From positions 672,001 to 736,000 of the forward strand of contig CAVRJM010000001.1 in the NCBI GenBank assembly GCA_963722075.1: a stretch of 64,000 nt of DNA, read 5' to 3'. A program made the translations under genes and the position numbers. The notes below the pieces were generated by a model. It was given only the letters and a program-made list of their open reading frames with translations, was not told where the DNA came from and did not search any database. This DNA is from Candidatus Babeliales bacterium. Lineage in GTDB: Bacteria > Babelota > Babeliae > Babelales > JANWKD01. Within the stretch, counting starts at the first letter, position 1, and every line of letters starts with the position of its first letter. Shown in pieces: positions 60,227 to 64,000 of this stretch.

Positions 60227-63200
60227 TTATCTTCGCGGATGTTCTAATAAATATGCCCCATAAAGTGCCGAACTTATTATTAAGATAATTCCTAATAAGC
60301 CACCAAATAATACTCCTGGATAAGCGCCAAAAACCATTTGCTGAATAATAGCAAGAATCACTTTAACCGCTGCTAAAATAATGATCGCACTACGCATAAA
60401 ACGAATTGCATAGGCGTACACAAAACAAAGTGCAATACCCATAGCCAATCCTACCAATAGCCACAACCATATTGATGCTATTTCCGGTAGATCAATACTC
60501 ATCAAACTTGATAAAATAAGGACCATTACTGCAAGCCATCGATGTTTTTTCCATCCATCAGTAATATATTCAAGCGCCGTATAAATAAGCAACAAGAATA
60601 TGCCCATTTCCATGAACTTCGTCCATTGCGCAAGCGCTTCACTGAGCCATGGCAGATAAGCTCCTGCCGCAGTAAAATCAGGCCACAGGGGTTTATTATG
60701 AGGTATTACCAGTTTTAAAATGGCTAATAAGCCCGCTAAAAAGACGCCAATGGAACATGCATAGCCAACAATATTTAAAAGAGATGATTTCAACTGCGCT
60801 GATTTAAAGAAACAGTAGTATAGAAATCCAGCAAGGATACCGAATAAAAAAGATTTAAAAAAGGCATACATAAACCAAAAACCAATTACACGCCACAATT
60901 GGAAACTGTATGGTTCAGTAGTATTAAAGTAAATGGTAGCAGTTGGCAAAATATTAACCATTTGAATACAGGATTTAATAAATAATGATCCCATAACTAG
61001 CGCACATAATTTTATACTAAATACCCCTCGTTGCCATGCATGAGTAATAACAATGCTACCCGCAAGAATAAGGAGTAAATAAAAAATGAGTCCCGTTGCT
61101 GTTATCATCAATGCAATAAACGATTTTTCATCTTTATAATCGCGTTCCCATTGCTCAGGCACAAAAATGGACCGCTGAAAATCCATTACCTGTGTACCGT
61201 CAATCTGTATCTTAATACGTGCTTGACCCGATCCTATTTGTTGATGAATATCACTATAGGTAAGTACCCAATCAACCCTATCAGGTTGTTTAGTTGGAAT
61301 TACTGAGATTTCTTTAAGATCTTCTGGTAATAAACCATATTTTTGCTCAATAAATACTAATGCCTTCTGTTTTGCTTCATCAATTGAGAGCGATTCTAAC
61401 TGTTTACTTTCAGGTAACGTATGTTCAAACCGATACAATGCTGCTTTATCATGAACATCATTAAAATAGAGATTATATTCCTCTGCGCGATCGGTAACAG
61501 TTCCTTCAAAAGTAACGATTCTCGTTTTGTATACCGTTGGCATAAGATATGAGGAAAGCAACTTTTTATATAATGTTTTACCCTGTGTTCTCCAAATATA
61601 AATATGTTGCATCTCGGCATCGCCATATTCCGGCGTCTCTACGCCGATAAGCGGTGTCCATGATGTATTTTTTATTTCGGTAACTTCTTGCGCATAGGTA
61701 ATCGCTTGGGCACGAGGATTTGCTAATGGCAGCATGTCAGCAGAAAATCGGGTACACAGTAACCATACAATGAACCCGCCAAATCCTAATAATGAAAAAA
61801 TTATTTTCTTCTTATGAGAAAATGAAATAGTATGCATTGGCTCTTCATTAATTTCTGGATGGCGCATGCTACTTACCTGCGGTGGATGCCAAGCGGCATT
61901 ATAATAAGAAGCCTCAAGAGTATGCCATCTTTTTGCTTTTGACCATCGGTACATAATAATACCTAATGGGATCAAGCAGATACTGATTATAAGTGTTTTA
62001 TCAAGCCAAATTTCGGGAGCAGTTGAAATAAAAATAGGCAATGCAAACCATACCACATCATAAATAAAATGTAATAAAATCGCTGGCATTAGCCCATACC
62101 ACAAATACAAGATCCCAAAAATAGCTGAAGGGATCAGTAATTCAATTAAACGCGCATATGCAGGCTGTGCAGGATAATTTGCATGTGCTGCACTAAAGAT
62201 AATTGCTTGGATAATAAAAGCTGCTGCAATCCATAGATTTTTTTTACCAAATCGTTTACCTAGAAGAGCTGCGCCTGCAAGTGGAATAGCACGAAATAAC
62301 GTTTCTTCTAAAACCCCGGCGCTTAATGATGCAGCAATTGGATGAAGCCACGGCAAGAACATTGCGAGAACATTGGGGTTATACAATGTTTCTGATGGTG
62401 ACCACCACCCAAAATACCGTATTGCAAAGTAATAGACAAGAATAACGTAAGCAAAAAATATTCCTAACCATAAATAAGCACTGAGCGTTCTGCCAAGTAC
62501 CTGCAATGATGAGCCGGCACCGGGTGACCATAACCGCCATAATTGAATTTTATGAGGAAATGCCTTACGCGTTAAACTTTCTGCTACCATAAGAAACATA
62601 GTCGCTAAGCTCGTAGAAATAAGAAATTGAATAATTACTTGCAGAAGCTGTAACCCTAAAAATTTATATAATGAAACGGCAGTATCATAATAAAACCATA
62701 CTAATGGAATTTGGTTAATGGTATCGGCAGCTTGAAAAAGCCCAATTACAAGTCCCCATATAAAAGCAGGACGCCAAAGCAACCAACGATTACGCAGTAA
62801 ATAATAAAACCCAATGAGACAACCACCAAAAACATATAGGAAAACAACCGCAATAAATGCAATTAAGGCAATAAATTCATTTAAAGAACGCATTTCCTCA
62901 TATTTTCGCGTAAATCTTTCTGGCACCTTTACTGACAATTTTAATTCCGTTAAGGTGTCACCGCTTACCACCAGCTTTAACCGATACGGTGCATCAGCAA
63001 TTTTTTTGTCGGTACGTTCAAAAACAAAGGTATGATCAATACGACCACTGGGTGAAACTTCTTGAGATTCTTCCACGCTATGATACAGCGAAAAATCAAC
63101 ATGCCAAAAATCTGCCGCTTCTTTTATGGCAATTGATCGCGCTTGTTCTTGAGATAAAGCCGCCCCTGGTGATAATTGAGAAACCTTTTTTTCAAATCCG

Positions 63201-63598
63201 TACGGAACACCTTCTGGCGTAAAAAATATTTTAGTCTCAGTTGGATCAAGCTCTTTGAAATGGCGCACTGCCCAGGTATAGGGAGCATAATATTTTTCTT
63301 TTAAAACCTGCCCAAAAGCATCAGGGCCGCCGCCTTCTAATTCAATAAAATATTGCGTCTTCGCATCCACATCAAAAGAAGCTGCTTGGTGATAATCAAC
63401 CGGTCCCCATTTAAATTGTTCATCAAGTTCATGTGCCTTTTTTAAGGCAGCACGTCGATCCATGGTAATATGTAAATCTACAATGGGAAATGCGCGGGAG
63501 AAATAATGATAGGAAAAATATATGCCAAGCGCGGAAGCAGCGGTAAAAATAATCCAAAACAGTGGTGTGCGTGTGATTGACTTAGAATCAAGAATCAT
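60227..63598 (-). CDS. large CPBP/Abi (type II CAAX) intramembrane glutamic protease
   Basis: EETLFR, FSAAHANY, HFIYD motifs; two related extracytoplasmic domains. Confidence 0.88.
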   Translation of the reverse strand: MILDSKSITRTPLFWIIFTAASALGIYFSYHYFSRAFPIVDLHITMDRRAALKKAHELDEQFKWGPVDYHQAASFDVDAKTQYFIELEGGGPDAFGQVLKEKYYAPYTWAVRHFKELDPTETKIFFTPEGVPYGFEKKVSQLSPGAALSQEQARSIAIKEAADFWHVDFSLYHSVEESQEVSPSGRIDHTFVFERTDKKIADAPYRLKLVVSGDTLTELKLSVKVPERFTRKYEEMRSLNEFIALIAFIAVVFLYVFGGCLIGFYYLLRNRWLLWRPAFIWGLVIGLFQAADTINQIPLVWFYYDTAVSLYKFLGLQLLQVIIQFLISTSLATMFLMVAESLTRKAFPHKIQLWRLWSPGAGSSLQVLGRTLSAYLWLGIFFAYVILVYYFAIRYFGWWSPSETLYNPNVLAMFLPWLHPIAASLSAGVLEETLFRAIPLAGAALLGKRFGKKNLWIAAAFIIQAIIFSAAHANYPAQPAYARLIELLIPSAIFGILYLWYGLMPAILLHFIYDVVWFALPIFISTAPEIWLDKTLIISICLIPLGIIMYRWSKAKRWHTLEASYYNAAWHPPQVSSMRHPEINEEPMHTISFSHKKKIIFSLLGFGGFIVWLLCTRFSADMLPLANPRAQAITYAQEVTEIKNTSWTPLIGVETPEYGDAEMQHIYIWRTQGKTLYKKLLSSYLMPTVYKTRIVTFEGTVTDRAEEYNLYFNDVHDKAALYRFEHTLPESKQLESLSIDEAKQKALVFIEQKYGLLPEDLKEISVIPTKQPDRVDWVLTYSDIHQQIGSGQARIKIQIDGTQVMDFQRSIFVPEQWERDYKDEKSFIALMITATGLIFYLLLILAGSIVITHAWQRGVFSIKLCALVMGSLFIKSCIQMVNILPTATIYFNTTEPYSFQLWRVIGFWFMYAFFKSFLFGILAGFLYYCFFKSAQLKSSLLNIVGYACSIGVFLAGLLAILKLVIPHNKPLWPDFTAAGAYLPWLSEALAQWTKFMEMGIFLLLIYTALEYITDGWKKHRWLAVMVLILSSLMSIDLPEIASIWLWLLVGLAMGIALCFVYAYAIRFMRSAIIILAAVKVILAIIQQMVFGAYPGVLFGGLLGIILIISSALYGAYLLEHPRR

Positions 63599-63655
63599 GT
63601 TACTAAACCCTTATATTTTTTCATGTTTATTTTTTTTATCATACTCATACCAAAT

Positions 63656-63687
63656 AAAAAAGGCCACCTAAAAAATTTTAGGTGGCC
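63656..63687 (-). terminator. intrinsic terminator
   Basis: GGCCACCTAAAA/TTTTAGGTGGCC stem with A-run on + (U-run on -). Confidence 0.8.
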
Positions 63688-63709
63688 ATATAATCAATTT
63701 ATTGAAAAA

Positions 63710-64000
63710 TTATTTTTCCTGATCTTTAGGAAATTTAGGCTTTCTCTTAAGCATGTGAATAATAGACTTATAGGGAATAGTATTCCTTATATTAGTTTCT
63801 TTCTTAATTATTTTCTTCTTTGGTTTATTAAATGGATTTTGATAGCGTTCAGAATGTTCCGTTGAGGGACGACCTTCAACTTGCATTTCCGGATTTATTG
63901 ATTCATTTCCATCTATGAGGGCTTCAATTCCATCCCATTCACTTTGAAATTCACTAACATTTTCAGGAACAATTTCTTCACCATCTCTAGATTGAAAAAG
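63710..64000 (-). CDS. 3' end of a hypothetical protein entering from the right edge
   Basis: 96 open codons ...SEWDGIEALIDG...KPKKKIIKK...KFPKDQEK* followed by terminator. Confidence 0.65.
   Translation of the reverse strand, partial: LFQSRDGEEIVPENVSEFQSEWDGIEALIDGNESINPEMQVEGRPSTEHSERYQNPFNKPKKKIIKKETNIRNTIPYKSIIHMLKRKPKFPKDQEK

Overview
AT-rich bacterial chromosome segment, most consistent with an intracellular protist parasite of the Dependentiae/Babeliae (TM6) type; this is inferred from the many signal-peptide ankyrin proteins and the fragmented housekeeping operons. Housekeeping genes (rplM, pepP, murC, yidC, recR, rplS, msrAB, trmD fusion, khpA, rpsP, ffh, hflX, pcrA, dps, skp, pth, atpD/atpC, S41 protease) alternate with numerous secreted effector-like proteins. 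Main observations: (1) a family of GTC-tagged REP-like hairpins (about 23 units at 11 loci), some carrying a second ~30-bp hairpin module seen only inside them, nested up to three levels deep, with one 107-bp composite cargo present in three different REP subtypes; (2) two large secreted paralogs with a clan CD (caspase/CPD-like) His-Cys dyad; (3) a recurrent [A/G/S]-M-[E/D/Q] motif at the predicted signal-peptide cleavage site of unrelated secreted proteins; (4) F-box-like/ankyrin proteins; (5) three tandem secreted GH1 enzymes with an altered sugar-binding motif; (6) a 231-bp internally deleted IS5-family element that rewrote the C-terminus of an ankyrin gene. No rRNA, tRNA or CRISPR array was recognised.
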